Shown here: piece by piece, positions 1 to 8,848 of the stretch
How positions within the stretch are numbered: the first letter of the stretch is position 1
How the letters are laid out: each line of letters begins with the position of its first letter
DNA from: Eubacteriales bacterium
Lineage (GTDB): Bacteria; Bacillota; Clostridia; Oscillospirales; CAG-272
Length of the DNA: 64,000 nucleotides
Assembly (NCBI GenBank): GCA_045611685.1
Contig: JAZKXO010000097.1
Span: 78,780 to 142,779, forward strand
Direction of reading: 5' to 3'
The notes under the pieces: generated by a model
Database searches by the model: none
Seen by the model: only the letters and a program-made list of their open reading frames with translations
What the model was told of the DNA's origin: nothing
Made by a program: the position numbers and the translations under genes

Positions 1-11
1 AGTTCTTTGAT

Positions 12-1157
12 ATGAACATGCCAATCATTGAGATGGATGAGAAGCTGTACCAGAAGTATGTGGTATTTCTGAGAGAGACGTTGCACAACGATGTGAGTAT
101 CAACTCATACCTCAGAGACTTCATCACTACAATGCACTTTCTGATGCGTGAGGGGTACTTGCCGCACTTCAAGATGCAAGCCATCAAGGTTGACCGAAGC
201 GGTGTTGAAACGTACTCGGAAGCTGAGTTGGTTGCTCTTCTGAAGAAGCCAAACATCAAGAAATGCAGTTTCATTGAGTATCAGGCGTGGGTGATGACAA
301 ACTTCCTCTTCTCCACAGCAGTCCGTCAGCGCAGTCTGATGTACATTCGGGTGAAAGATATCGACTTTGACAACAGCGTGGTTTACGTCACCGTGACGAA
401 GAACAGAAAAACGCTGATTGTCCCCTTTAACCGAACCATGCACGGCATCCTTCAGGAGTTTTTGAAATACAGACAGCACAAGTCTGATGAAGATTTCCTG
501 TTCTGCAACGTCTTTGGAAAGCAGTTGACCAAAAGCACCTCGTATCACATGCTCTACGAATACAACAAGAGGCGCGGAGTGGAGACTACTGGAATCCACA
601 GGTACAGACACACCTTTGCGAAACAGTGGATTCTGAATGGCGGCAATGTGGTCTCCCTCTCGAAAATGCTCGGTCACAGTAGCCTCCAGATTACGCAAAA
701 CTACATCAATCTCCTTGTCAGTGACGTGGCGAAGGAGGGAGACACCATCATCACACTTGAGGTTCCCCGCCTTGCCAGAAGCACAAGACAACTCTGTGAG
801 ATTATCGAAATCGTAAAAGAGAAGAAACTCAAACTGATTATCAAAGGCAGCATCACTGTTGACTGTACTCTTGGGCGGCTTGATCCCATGTCAAATGCGT
901 TCATCCAGATGTCAGGCGTGTTTGCGGAGTTGGAACTCGGCATGATCAGAGACCGTGTGCGGTCAGGCATGGCAAATGCCAAGGCGAAGGGAGTACGGCT
1001 CGGCAGACCGCAGATGACAAAGGATGATATTCCGCAGATTTTTTACAGACATTATCCTACGTTTGTGAAAGGGGAATTGAATGTTTCGGAATTGGCTCGG
1101 GTGTGTGGGTTGAGTAGGAATACGGTGTATAAGTATATTGGACTTTTAGAAAGGTAA
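12..1157 (+). CDS. Chimeric recombinase ORF: a phage-integrase-family tyrosine recombinase fused in frame to the C-terminal part of a resolvase/invertase serine recombinase that lacks its catalytic-Ser N-terminus. Probable mobile-element remnant.
   Basis: aa 1-~238 carry integrase motifs (AVRQRSL, HRYRHTF, LGHSSLQITQNY with the catalytic Tyr). From aa ~242 the sequence becomes a resolvase core (GDTIITLEVPRLARSTRQL ... GVFAELELGMIRDRVRSG ... GRP) plus a terminal HTH (VSELARVCGLSRNTVYKYI). No YxRVSTxxQ segment is present. The frame is open to the window edge, so the true N-terminus may lie upstream. Confidence 0.7.
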   Translation: MNMPIIEMDEKLYQKYVVFLRETLHNDVSINSYLRDFITTMHFLMREGYLPHFKMQAIKVDRSGVETYSEAELVALLKKPNIKKCSFIEYQAWVMTNFLFSTAVRQRSLMYIRVKDIDFDNSVVYVTVTKNRKTLIVPFNRTMHGILQEFLKYRQHKSDEDFLFCNVFGKQLTKSTSYHMLYEYNKRRGVETTGIHRYRHTFAKQWILNGGNVVSLSKMLGHSSLQITQNYINLLVSDVAKEGDTIITLEVPRLARSTRQLCEIIEIVKEKKLKLIIKGSITVDCTLGRLDPMSNAFIQMSGVFAELELGMIRDRVRSGMANAKAKGVRLGRPQMTKDDIPQIFYRHYPTFVKGELNVSELARVCGLSRNTVYKYIGLLER

Positions 1158-1209
1158 AAGGATAGGGAGAGCGTTACTTTTCGCTCTCCCTCGCTGTATT
1201 TCTTCTGTT

Positions 1210-4200
1210 TTATTCTACGTTAATCATTGCATAGACCATCATCGCGACAAGCGATCTGGGCGCGTATGCTTTCGGCAGAAGCTCATTGTTCTCGCCGGTG
1301 TAGATATTCTTCATGTTCATCCACGCCATTGCCTCAAATGCCCACTCAGACACATCCGCTATGTCACTGTGCGGCATCCGGTACATCCATGCGCCTGTGA
1401 AACCGGCATTCTTGCTCTGCACATAGCGGTACAGAACGGTGCAAAGCTGCTCACAGGTCAGTGTATCCTCAGGAGCGAACTTTGTATCGCTGTAGCCGTT
1501 GACGAGACCAGTGGATGCGGCCCAACGAACTGCCTCCGTATACCACTCATCGGTGGGAACGTCCCTAAACTGCATTGCATAATTCACAACGGGACAGCCA
1601 TTCATTCTCCAAAGAATCGTGACGAGCATAGCGCGGGACAACTCGGTGGCGGGGCTGAACAAACCAAGTTCTGCATCCACACCGTTCATGATTCCGTTTT
1701 TATAGAGATACAGAACCGCAGCGTAATACGTGTCGGTTTCCGCTACGTCCGTGTAGGGATTGATCTGCTTGAAAACAGCGGAAATCGTGTGATCCTTTCT
1801 GACGTTTTGGAACGTGTATTCGCTGACCACACCGATGCTTTTTCCGTCAACAAGCACATCTGCAATTTGATATCCCTCACAGGGGGTGATGGTGTAGGTC
1901 TGATTTTTGCTGTACTTCACTTGGGTGATACCCTCTGGACTGATTACGCCTCCCTCGGTGGCGGTAGCAGTAATATCAAATTCCTGATTGTAGAGCATCA
2001 TCAGTACCCAAAACCAATAGTCGTTGCTTTCCGACTCAGCTTTTTTCCACATGGCGGTAAATGTAACATTCTCCCAAACCGTATAGGGGAATTCTACAAT
2101 ATCCGTGCCGTTAGTTGTCCATCCAAGGAAGATATACCCTTCACGTGTCGGCTGGGAAGGCTCTGCAACGGTGTCCCCACAAAAAACAGCTCCGGTGATT
2201 ATATTCTCTCCGTTAGTCGGATCAAATTTCGCGGTAAATGCCTGTGTGCGTGAAATCGTATATGTACCGCCTGCGGTTACGCTGAACGCGATTTGCCCGT
2301 TTGAGTACACCGCAATTTGCGTTGTACCATCAGGATTGGTGACCATCGCTCCCGCAAAACCGTTCGGCAGAATCAAGCGAGGCTGCTTCGTGAGGAAAAC
2401 ACTGCTGTCAGCCACAGTAACCGTGAGGAGTTCTCCTGCTTCATCGGCATAATCGACAATGAGTTTTGCATTGAAATCGGCCGACGGAGAAGTGCTGCGC
2501 CGGAGACGGAACGTACTCATAACATTCGTCTGATCTTCAAAAAGCCACGTGCCGATGGTGTTTTCATCGTCATCCACGACGCATATTTCTTTCACACCCG
2601 ACTCATTGAATGCGGAACTGTCGATAATCAGATCATCGGCTTCTTTGTTGATAATCTGCGTGTCGGTTTCCCAATCCACGACCAAGATGTTCTCATACTC
2701 TTCCCTGGCAGTGAGACGCATCCGCAGAACGGCAGGTGTACTTGTCTGGCCGAGTATGCCGGACTCAAGCGAGCTATCGCCGCTCCACCATCCTTTCACG
2801 GGGAATTTCCAGTGCGGATTGGTGATCACGCGTGCACCCGTTTTGTTCGTATCCACTTGGGCCGGGCGACGCTTCAGAAGATTTCCCACGCTCGCCTCGG
2901 TAGTTGCCGCAAGCATCTCAGCGAGGCCGAGGTTTTCGCAGTCGTTGTACTTGTCTGCATGAGGAAGGCCGGGCATAGGAATGTGACCGTTGCCTCGTTC
3001 GCAGAATTGTGCAAAATAATTCTGATACTGATACAACGTACCCTCGGTGTATACGTCAAAATCCGTTCCGTTATTGATAAAGTTGCTGTCGGTAACACGG
3101 AAGTAATAGGGGCTGAATCCCGAAATTAGCTGCACAGCGGTTTCGTTGTTGATAAAGGTATTGTTGTTCAACATGCCTTCGTTCATAGCTGAACTGCCAT
3201 TGACACGGACAGCAACATCGTTATTGATAAAGACAGAATGACTCGGCAGGATCACCCCGCCGTTCTGTGTCCAGTCAATCGCCACATCGTAACCGTAAAA
3301 CACGCATTGTCTGACGTTTGCGTAATCGCCGCTTATTGCAACGCTTTCCCCGTTTTCGGTTTCTTCGGGCGCAATAAAAAACACATTTTCAATTTCGACA
3401 TGGGCTCCACCATTCACAACGCCGGGAGCTCCGATGATCATATTGCCAACGATGCGTGTATTGCTACTGCCTCGAAGAACGACGGGAGTTAAAGACAATT
3501 CCCGGAATTTATCGGGGATCTGTACTGTTCCCGAATAATCTATATCAGCAAGTTGAACATATGTAACCTGCCGTGTTTGAGCCATTGGGTCGGGAATGAT
3601 GGCCGTGGAATCCTTGTCGAGCTCTTCTCCCAGTTCAACCAAAAACGCATTCAGTTCCTCCGTGGTATCGACACCCAACTGTGCGCAATCGTAGATTTTT
3701 TCCTCGGAACCTATGCAGAAGCAGATCGCGCTGCCGATATCGCCTGTGACTGTTTGACCATTCATGGTCATACTGACAGTCGCCCAAAGCTTCACCACGG
3801 ATCTTTCTCCACTTTTGAAGTACAGTTCCCAGTCGTTGATTGCAGAAGGAGTGATTTCTGTAATATGTTTTTTGTTGTTCAGGCTGAACGCTTCGGGACC
3901 GTAAAAATGTTCAATCCAAACCTTGGATACCTTTACCTTGGCACGGTTGTTCGTTACGGGATCGTAATATTTACGCCCGATTTCATCGTATTTGATTTCG
4001 GCGACGGAAATGTCAATATCCCCGAACAGCTGATAGGAATCGGAGGTGTCACGTGAGGAATCGCCCATTCTCATCGTCGTTTTTTCGTGTACCGTCATAA
4101 TGCCAGTTACGTCGCTTGTCGTGGAAAAGCCGACTACATAATTTCCGATATACAAGCCATTTGCTTCATACTTATTAAAGCCGGTATTGACATCAAATTG

Positions 4201-4644
4201 TCCCAGCGTGGTGCTGCCGTCCTTGATGATCAGTGTGTACGTCATATTGATCTGCTTTGGCTTCGGAAGCGCGATTTTCATATCGTACCGGTCTTCCGTT
4301 TCCGGCCGCACCACCCAAACAGGCACGATCGGATCGTGAGTAACACCCCATTCTTCGACTTCTGCGGTAAAGGTATTCTTTTGCGCTTCGGTAAAGCCTT
4401 CCTCGCACATGATCCAAACGGTTCCGTTCTCCAACTGATAGTAGTTGTTCTTCAGATCATAGAAGTTTTTGTTTGTCATCTTTGTGCTTTCGTCTCTCAT
4501 CTGAGAGGAATACATAGCAATCTCGATACTCGGTCCACTCGGTCCGCTTGGTGCAGGTGCCGCACCAGCTGTCAGAGCAAATACAGGGAGCATCGTGAAT
4601 ACCATCACAATGCTGAGAACCAAGCTCCAAAATCTTTTGTTCAT
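1210..4644 (-). CDS. Large SLH-anchored cell-surface protein: signal peptide, parallel beta-helix-like region, Listeria-Bacteroides-type repeat, InlB-B-repeat-like module and 3 C-terminal SLH domains
   Basis: ORF 1210..4824 trimmed to ATG 4644 (MNKRFWSLVLSIVMVFTMLPVFALTAGA signal peptide, GGAG upstream). Beta-helix-like repeats NNDVAVRVNG / NNTFINNETAV / SNFINNGTDF. EGYIFLGWTTNG repeat. SLH motifs YTDVAETDTYY, FRDVPTDEWY, HSDIADVSEWA at the C-terminus. Confidence 0.85.
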   Translation of the reverse strand: MNKRFWSLVLSIVMVFTMLPVFALTAGAAPAPSGPSGPSIEIAMYSSQMRDESTKMTNKNFYDLKNNYYQLENGTVWIMCEEGFTEAQKNTFTAEVEEWGVTHDPIVPVWVVRPETEDRYDMKIALPKPKQINMTYTLIIKDGSTTLGQFDVNTGFNKYEANGLYIGNYVVGFSTTSDVTGIMTVHEKTTMRMGDSSRDTSDSYQLFGDIDISVAEIKYDEIGRKYYDPVTNNRAKVKVSKVWIEHFYGPEAFSLNNKKHITEITPSAINDWELYFKSGERSVVKLWATVSMTMNGQTVTGDIGSAICFCIGSEEKIYDCAQLGVDTTEELNAFLVELGEELDKDSTAIIPDPMAQTRQVTYVQLADIDYSGTVQIPDKFRELSLTPVVLRGSSNTRIVGNMIIGAPGVVNGGAHVEIENVFFIAPEETENGESVAISGDYANVRQCVFYGYDVAIDWTQNGGVILPSHSVFINNDVAVRVNGSSAMNEGMLNNNTFINNETAVQLISGFSPYYFRVTDSNFINNGTDFDVYTEGTLYQYQNYFAQFCERGNGHIPMPGLPHADKYNDCENLGLAEMLAATTEASVGNLLKRRPAQVDTNKTGARVITNPHWKFPVKGWWSGDSSLESGILGQTSTPAVLRMRLTAREEYENILVVDWETDTQIINKEADDLIIDSSAFNESGVKEICVVDDDENTIGTWLFEDQTNVMSTFRLRRSTSPSADFNAKLIVDYADEAGELLTVTVADSSVFLTKQPRLILPNGFAGAMVTNPDGTTQIAVYSNGQIAFSVTAGGTYTISRTQAFTAKFDPTNGENIITGAVFCGDTVAEPSQPTREGYIFLGWTTNGTDIVEFPYTVWENVTFTAMWKKAESESNDYWFWVLMMLYNQEFDITATATEGGVISPEGITQVKYSKNQTYTITPCEGYQIADVLVDGKSIGVVSEYTFQNVRKDHTISAVFKQINPYTDVAETDTYYAAVLYLYKNGIMNGVDAELGLFSPATELSRAMLVTILWRMNGCPVVNYAMQFRDVPTDEWYTEAVRWAASTGLVNGYSDTKFAPEDTLTCEQLCTVLYRYVQSKNAGFTGAWMYRMPHSDIADVSEWAFEAMAWMNMKNIYTGENNELLPKAYAPRSLVAMMVYAMINVE

Positions 4645-4913
4645 TTGAATATCACTCCTGTTGTTTGATTCCGTATTTGTATTACCTTCGTTGAAACAGT
4701 TAAAAAGTGCGCCCACCGAAGCGAGCACACAAAAACGCAAACTCCGATAGTCGCCAAACAAAAAACAAATTGATAGGATACTCTCCAAACCAACCCGCGG
4801 AATTTGCACTTTTACCAAATTCATAAGGTCAGTTTGAAAATAGAGACAAAGCCCCCTATAAAACTAGAGAGTTTCTCCTAAAATTTGTATTTGTTTTTTT
4901 GTTTGGCATAATT

Positions 4914-4942
4914 ATTATAGCACATATTTTTAGATTTGCAAA
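4914..4942 (-). promoter_or_regulatory. Candidate sigma-A promoter of the SLH surface-protein gene (extended -10 TGcTATAAT, -35 TTTGCA), implying a ~270-nt leader
   Basis: Reverse complement of 4914-4922 reads TGCTATAAT. A 17-nt spacer leads to TTTGCA (4937-4942). Confidence 0.4.
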
Positions 4943-5322
4943 CCTTTTTACCAAAGATGATAAAAAGATGTTAAGAGTTGTATCAAAGATCTTCAAAAGA
5001 TGTTAAAAGGCCTTGATTTCTTGCCTATAGTTGATGTACAATGTATTCAAGAACACATCCAAGTGATGTGACTAACCCTTGAAAAATCATTGTTTTTGCT
5101 TGTTTTTTCACCCCGCAAAGCCACCGAAGGTGGATTTGATGTAGAAATGATGGGTCTGATCGGCGCAGGTAACAACCCACAGACTAAGTATGACCGTTGC
5201 ATGTGCAGTTGCTGTCGAAGAGGCTTGCAAGTAATCCTTGATTTATAAGGCTTTTTGAGACTTTTTGAACTTGTCAAAAGGCATTTTGAAAGCCTCAATA
5301 CCTAAAATCACAAATAAAAAAG

Positions 5323-5364
5323 TTGGACACATCATTTACGTGTTTTCCCGTGTGATGTGTCCAA
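5323..5364. terminator. Rho-independent (bidirectional) terminator hairpin downstream of the esterase gene
   Basis: 12-bp perfect stem TTGGACACATCA / TGATGTGTCCAA, flanked by an A-run (5315-5321) and a T-run (5367-5372). Confidence 0.75.
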
Positions 5365-5396
5365 TATTTTTTACATAAAGAGAGGATTTTGGGGTA

Positions 5397-6149
5397 TCAC
5401 AGACGCTCAATTTCCGTTCTTATCGCCTGATCCGGCGTGTGCTTTTCAAGGAACACCTTGTCTTTGTTCTCCAGTTTTCTGAATTCGCGGTAATATCTTT
5501 CTCCGAATTCACGAAGTGCTGCGGCAGAGAAATGCAAATTGTCGGGGTTGCCGCCCAGCCCGTGCGCCGGAACGAATCCGGTCATGGCATCTGCGTCGGC
5601 AATTCTGCACAGCGCCTCGTTGACAAGAGGGTAATTTTTGGCGATATAGGGATTCTTGTAGACAGCCAGATAATCACCAAGGCCACCCAGCAGGAACGGG
5701 ACATCATGAAGTCCCAACTTTTGGCGGAATGCATTCAGTATAACGGTGAGTTTTTCCTCGTAAAGCGGGTATCGGTCCGGGGCACAGTCCGACTCACCCT
5801 GGTGCCACAAAACGGCGGCAATGGTAGAGGTTCGGGAAGCAAGCTCAGCCATATAGCAGGCATGGTCAAAAAGAAGTCCGCCCACCTGCCACTGATTAAG
5901 CGTGGTTCCCCCGTCCGCGCAGGGAATGATTCCCACGTCCACATTATGCTCCTTCGCATACAGATCCGCAAAGCTTTCCGCAAAGCTAATGCCGGAAAAC
6001 TCTCTGTCCGGATTGACGGGAACGTACATGGGCGCCCAGCGGCCGTTCCTGAGCACCTGAATTTGGTTGTTTGCGATAGGGGCTACCTCATCCTTAAAAC
6101 CACGGCCTGCTGCATTGGACTGCCCTATGAGTAAAATAGAATGGATCAT
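5397..6149 (-). CDS. SGNH/DUF303-type carbohydrate esterase (sialate O-acetylesterase-like)
   Basis: ORF trimmed to ATG 6149 (MIHSILLIGQSNAAGRG, GAGG RBS). GQSN ... WHQGESD motifs are typical of the sialate O-acetylesterase / SGNH hydrolase family. Confidence 0.75.
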   Translation of the reverse strand: MIHSILLIGQSNAAGRGFKDEVAPIANNQIQVLRNGRWAPMYVPVNPDREFSGISFAESFADLYAKEHNVDVGIIPCADGGTTLNQWQVGGLLFDHACYMAELASRTSTIAAVLWHQGESDCAPDRYPLYEEKLTVILNAFRQKLGLHDVPFLLGGLGDYLAVYKNPYIAKNYPLVNEALCRIADADAMTGFVPAHGLGGNPDNLHFSAAALREFGERYYREFRKLENKDKVFLEKHTPDQAIRTEIERL

Positions 6150-6285
6150 AGTGAATACCTCGCTGTATTTTGAGAGTAGTTTTTTCTTTATTTTACTATA
6201 ATCGCCGTCTCTTTTCAATACTGTCTTTATAATTCCAAAAGGTATTACTTCTGTATTCGCTTCGGAAAACGACAACGCACACCAC

Positions 6286-6314
6286 TTGACTCGCCCCACA
6301 AAATCAGCTATAAT
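6286..6314 (+). promoter_or_regulatory. Candidate sigma-A promoter (TTGACT - 17 nt - TATAAT) for the 6376 gene
   Basis: TTGACT at 6286-6291, TATAAT at 6309-6314, exact 17-nt spacer. Confidence 0.5.
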
Positions 6315-6375
6315 AAGTGAGACATCGGCAAGATGCCATCATACCACATTCATCGTAAAACAAAAGGAGATTGTT

Positions 6376-7866
6376 ATGATCGAGATCGGAAGCAGACGGG
6401 AATGTTTTTTTGACAACTATCTCATTGATGAAGAAAAAACAACCGCCGAAAAACGGCTTCATAAGCCGATCCGCCGTCGGGTGCTCCATTCTTTCAACCA
6501 GCCCTTCGAGGACAACCTCACCACGTTTGTAACCGTCATTTGGGCAGAGGGCAAATACCGTATGTATTACGTTACGTCCAAAAACTATATCTGCTACGGC
6601 GAGAGCGACGATGCACACAACTGGACGTTCCCGAAGATGGGCATCGTTTCTATGGACGGCTCGACCGATAACAACATAATCTTGACTATGGAAATGCTCA
6701 AAGAGCAGTACCAATTCCGTGCGTTTGACAATATGTCCGTCTTCTACGATGAAAATCCCGCCTGCCCGCCGGACGAACGCTACAAGATGACCTGCATGTG
6801 GCTCGGCCACGAGGCGCTCCTGCTTCTTCTCAGCGCGGACGGCATCCACTTCAACAAGAGCCGTCTCATCACGGAGGAAGGCGAGTTCGATTCCCAAAAC
6901 CGTATGTTCTGGAGCAAAGCGCACGGAAAATATTTCTGCTACTTCCGCGGAGAGCATGAGCCTCAGCCTGGCACCGACCGAATGGATTTCTCGTATATGA
7001 ATAAGGACGCCCGACGCCTTTACGATCCGGATCGCCGCCTGCTGCGCGAACCCGGAGACGGAACGTTCACATTCAAGAGAGACATCTGCGTCGCCGAATC
7101 CGAGGATGCCGTTCACTGGTCTCACACCGAGCACATCCGTTTTAACGGCGCCGATTTCCAGATGTACAATAACTGCGTCTTCCCCTACCCCCGCGCGCCT
7201 CATATGCTGATCGCATTCCCCCTCCGCTATGCAGAGCGCAAGGCGTGGACAAAAAACTACGACGAACTGTGCGGTAAAGAGGATCGTCTTGCACGGATGA
7301 ACGTAATGGCGCGTCTCGGCCTTGCCGTAACGGACGGATTATTTATGTCCAGCCGCAACGGCTACGACTTCGTGAAATTCGATGAGGCGTTTATCGCACC
7401 GCCGCCGGAAAATCCAGAGTCCTTCGTATACGGCGACGGAACGGCCGTACCCACACTCATCGAAGTACCCTCCGAAATCCCGGGCGCGGATAACGAGTAT
7501 ATGATTCTCGTGCGCGAAAGCTACCGCACCGCCGTGGATCATAACAAGCTGGTAAAATACACGATCCGTATGGATGGATTTGTTTCCTTGCACGCGGGCG
7601 GAGATCCGTGCACGGCAGTAACCAAGCCGTTCTCCTACACGGGCGAAGATCTGTATGCGAATATTGCCACCTCTGCACGCGGCGGCGCATTCTTCACCTT
7701 GAAGGCAGGCGATGAGGAATACACCTCCGTTGAAATTTTCGGCAATGCAGTAGATAAACGGATTCGCTTTGAAGATGACAAGGCCGTAAAACGCCTCTCA
7801 GGCAAAGAGGTTACTCTCACCGTTCATATGTTCGACTGCGATCTGTACGCGATCCGTTTCCGGTAA
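6376..7866 (+). CDS. Uncharacterised 496-aa cytoplasmic protein, possibly a beta-propeller glycoside-hydrolase-like protein. The function is not recognised.
   Basis: ATG 6376 is preceded by AAGGAGA. Long clean ORF with balanced composition, no signal peptide, and a terminator hairpin directly downstream. Only weak resemblance to GH32/43-like propeller plus beta-sandwich proteins. The neighbour is a carbohydrate esterase. Confidence 0.6.
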   Translation: MIEIGSRRECFFDNYLIDEEKTTAEKRLHKPIRRRVLHSFNQPFEDNLTTFVTVIWAEGKYRMYYVTSKNYICYGESDDAHNWTFPKMGIVSMDGSTDNNIILTMEMLKEQYQFRAFDNMSVFYDENPACPPDERYKMTCMWLGHEALLLLLSADGIHFNKSRLITEEGEFDSQNRMFWSKAHGKYFCYFRGEHEPQPGTDRMDFSYMNKDARRLYDPDRRLLREPGDGTFTFKRDICVAESEDAVHWSHTEHIRFNGADFQMYNNCVFPYPRAPHMLIAFPLRYAERKAWTKNYDELCGKEDRLARMNVMARLGLAVTDGLFMSSRNGYDFVKFDEAFIAPPPENPESFVYGDGTAVPTLIEVPSEIPGADNEYMILVRESYRTAVDHNKLVKYTIRMDGFVSLHAGGDPCTAVTKPFSYTGEDLYANIATSARGGAFFTLKAGDEEYTSVEIFGNAVDKRIRFEDDKAVKRLSGKEVTLTVHMFDCDLYAIRFR

Positions 7867-7874
7867 TCAAAACG

Positions 7875-7904
7875 AAAGACACATCGGCCGGATGTGTCTT
7901 TTTC
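7875..7904 (+). terminator. Rho-independent terminator
   Basis: Stem AAAGACACATC / GATGTGTCTTT with a short GC loop, followed by a T-run. Confidence 0.75.
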
Positions 7905-7979
7905 ATTCCCCCATTGACAAAATCTCGTAAAAGTGATATATTATATGAGATGAAAACAAAATTTTTGGAGGAGTTCAAA

Positions 7980-8747
7980 ATGAGACTCGAAAACAAAGTT
8001 GCCGTAGTAACCGGTGCATCCAGCGGTGTTGGCCGTGAGATCGCGCTTCTTTTCGCGAAGGAAGGAGCAAAGGTCGTAGCCGTTGCAAGAAGAGCCGAAA
8101 GACTTGCCGCTCTCGAGGAGCAGAGCAAGGAGCTCGCAGGTGAGATCGTAGCATACGCCGGCGACATTTCCCTTGAGGAAACGAACGACGCGATGATCGA
8201 CTTCGCGATCGAAAAGTTCGGCAAGTTCGATATCCTTATCAACAATGCAGGTCTTATGGATAACTTCGCACCCGCCGAGAACCTCGACACCGAGCTTCTT
8301 ATGCGTCTTATGCAGGTAGACGTTTACGGTCCCGCCTGGGCTACCCGCAAGGCTGTAAGAGTATTTATGGAAAACGAAAACGGCGGTAACATCGTAAACG
8401 TTGCTTCCATCGCAGGCATCTGCGGCGGCAAGAGCGGCTGCGCGTACACGATGGCAAAGCACGCAGTGATCGGCCTTACCAAAAACACCGCGTTCTCTTA
8501 CCGTCTTAACAAGATCCGCTGCAACGCGATCTGCCCCGCAGGCATCAACACGGAGATGACCGATCCGGCTCTCTTTGCTACCGCTGACCAGAAGGGCCTG
8601 CAGAACGCGATGCTCTCCATGCACTTCGGCACAAGAAGCGCCGAAGCATTCGAAATCGCAGATATCGCGCTCTTCCTTGCAAGCGATGCAGCTGCCGTTG
8701 TAAACGGCGCCATCGTTACTGCAGACAGCGGTCTTATCTCGTTCTAA
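7980..8747 (+). CDS. Short-chain dehydrogenase/reductase (SDR) family oxidoreductase
   Basis: ATG 7980 after GGAGGAG. TGASSGVG Rossmann motif, NNAG, and the YxxxK catalytic motif (YTMAKHAV). Confidence 0.85.
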   Translation: MRLENKVAVVTGASSGVGREIALLFAKEGAKVVAVARRAERLAALEEQSKELAGEIVAYAGDISLEETNDAMIDFAIEKFGKFDILINNAGLMDNFAPAENLDTELLMRLMQVDVYGPAWATRKAVRVFMENENGGNIVNVASIAGICGGKSGCAYTMAKHAVIGLTKNTAFSYRLNKIRCNAICPAGINTEMTDPALFATADQKGLQNAMLSMHFGTRSAEAFEIADIALFLASDAAAVVNGAIVTADSGLISF

Positions 8748-8796
8748 GGAACGGTCGCTTTTTTGAAAAATCGATGCTGAGACTCAAATAAAAAAG

Positions 8797-8848
8797 ACAG
8801 ACACATTACTTGGGGATCTCCCTTGTGATGTGTCTGTTTTATTTTTTC
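8797..8848. terminator. Bidirectional Rho-independent terminator between the SDR (+) and XRE (-) genes
   Basis: 13-bp stem ACAGACACATTAC / GTGATGTGTCTGT (one G-T pair), with an A-run before and a T-run after. Confidence 0.7.

Noticed and set aside
4645-4824. N-terminal extensions offered by the ORF track. Examples: the SLH protein from 4824, the esterase from 6299, 6286, 7914, 9210, 10465, 22585, 30997, 43696, 45200 and 51342.
   Set aside because: Internal ATG/GTG starts with good Shine-Dalgarno spacing coincide with the expected protein N-termini (signal peptides, conserved first motifs). The upstream extensions lack an RBS and look non-protein-like.
5047-5298. 83-aa ORF (- strand) in the AT-rich spacer
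   Set aside because: No RBS, odd composition (K/S/L/P-rich), and it lies in the most AT-rich non-coding stretch. More likely a chance ORF.
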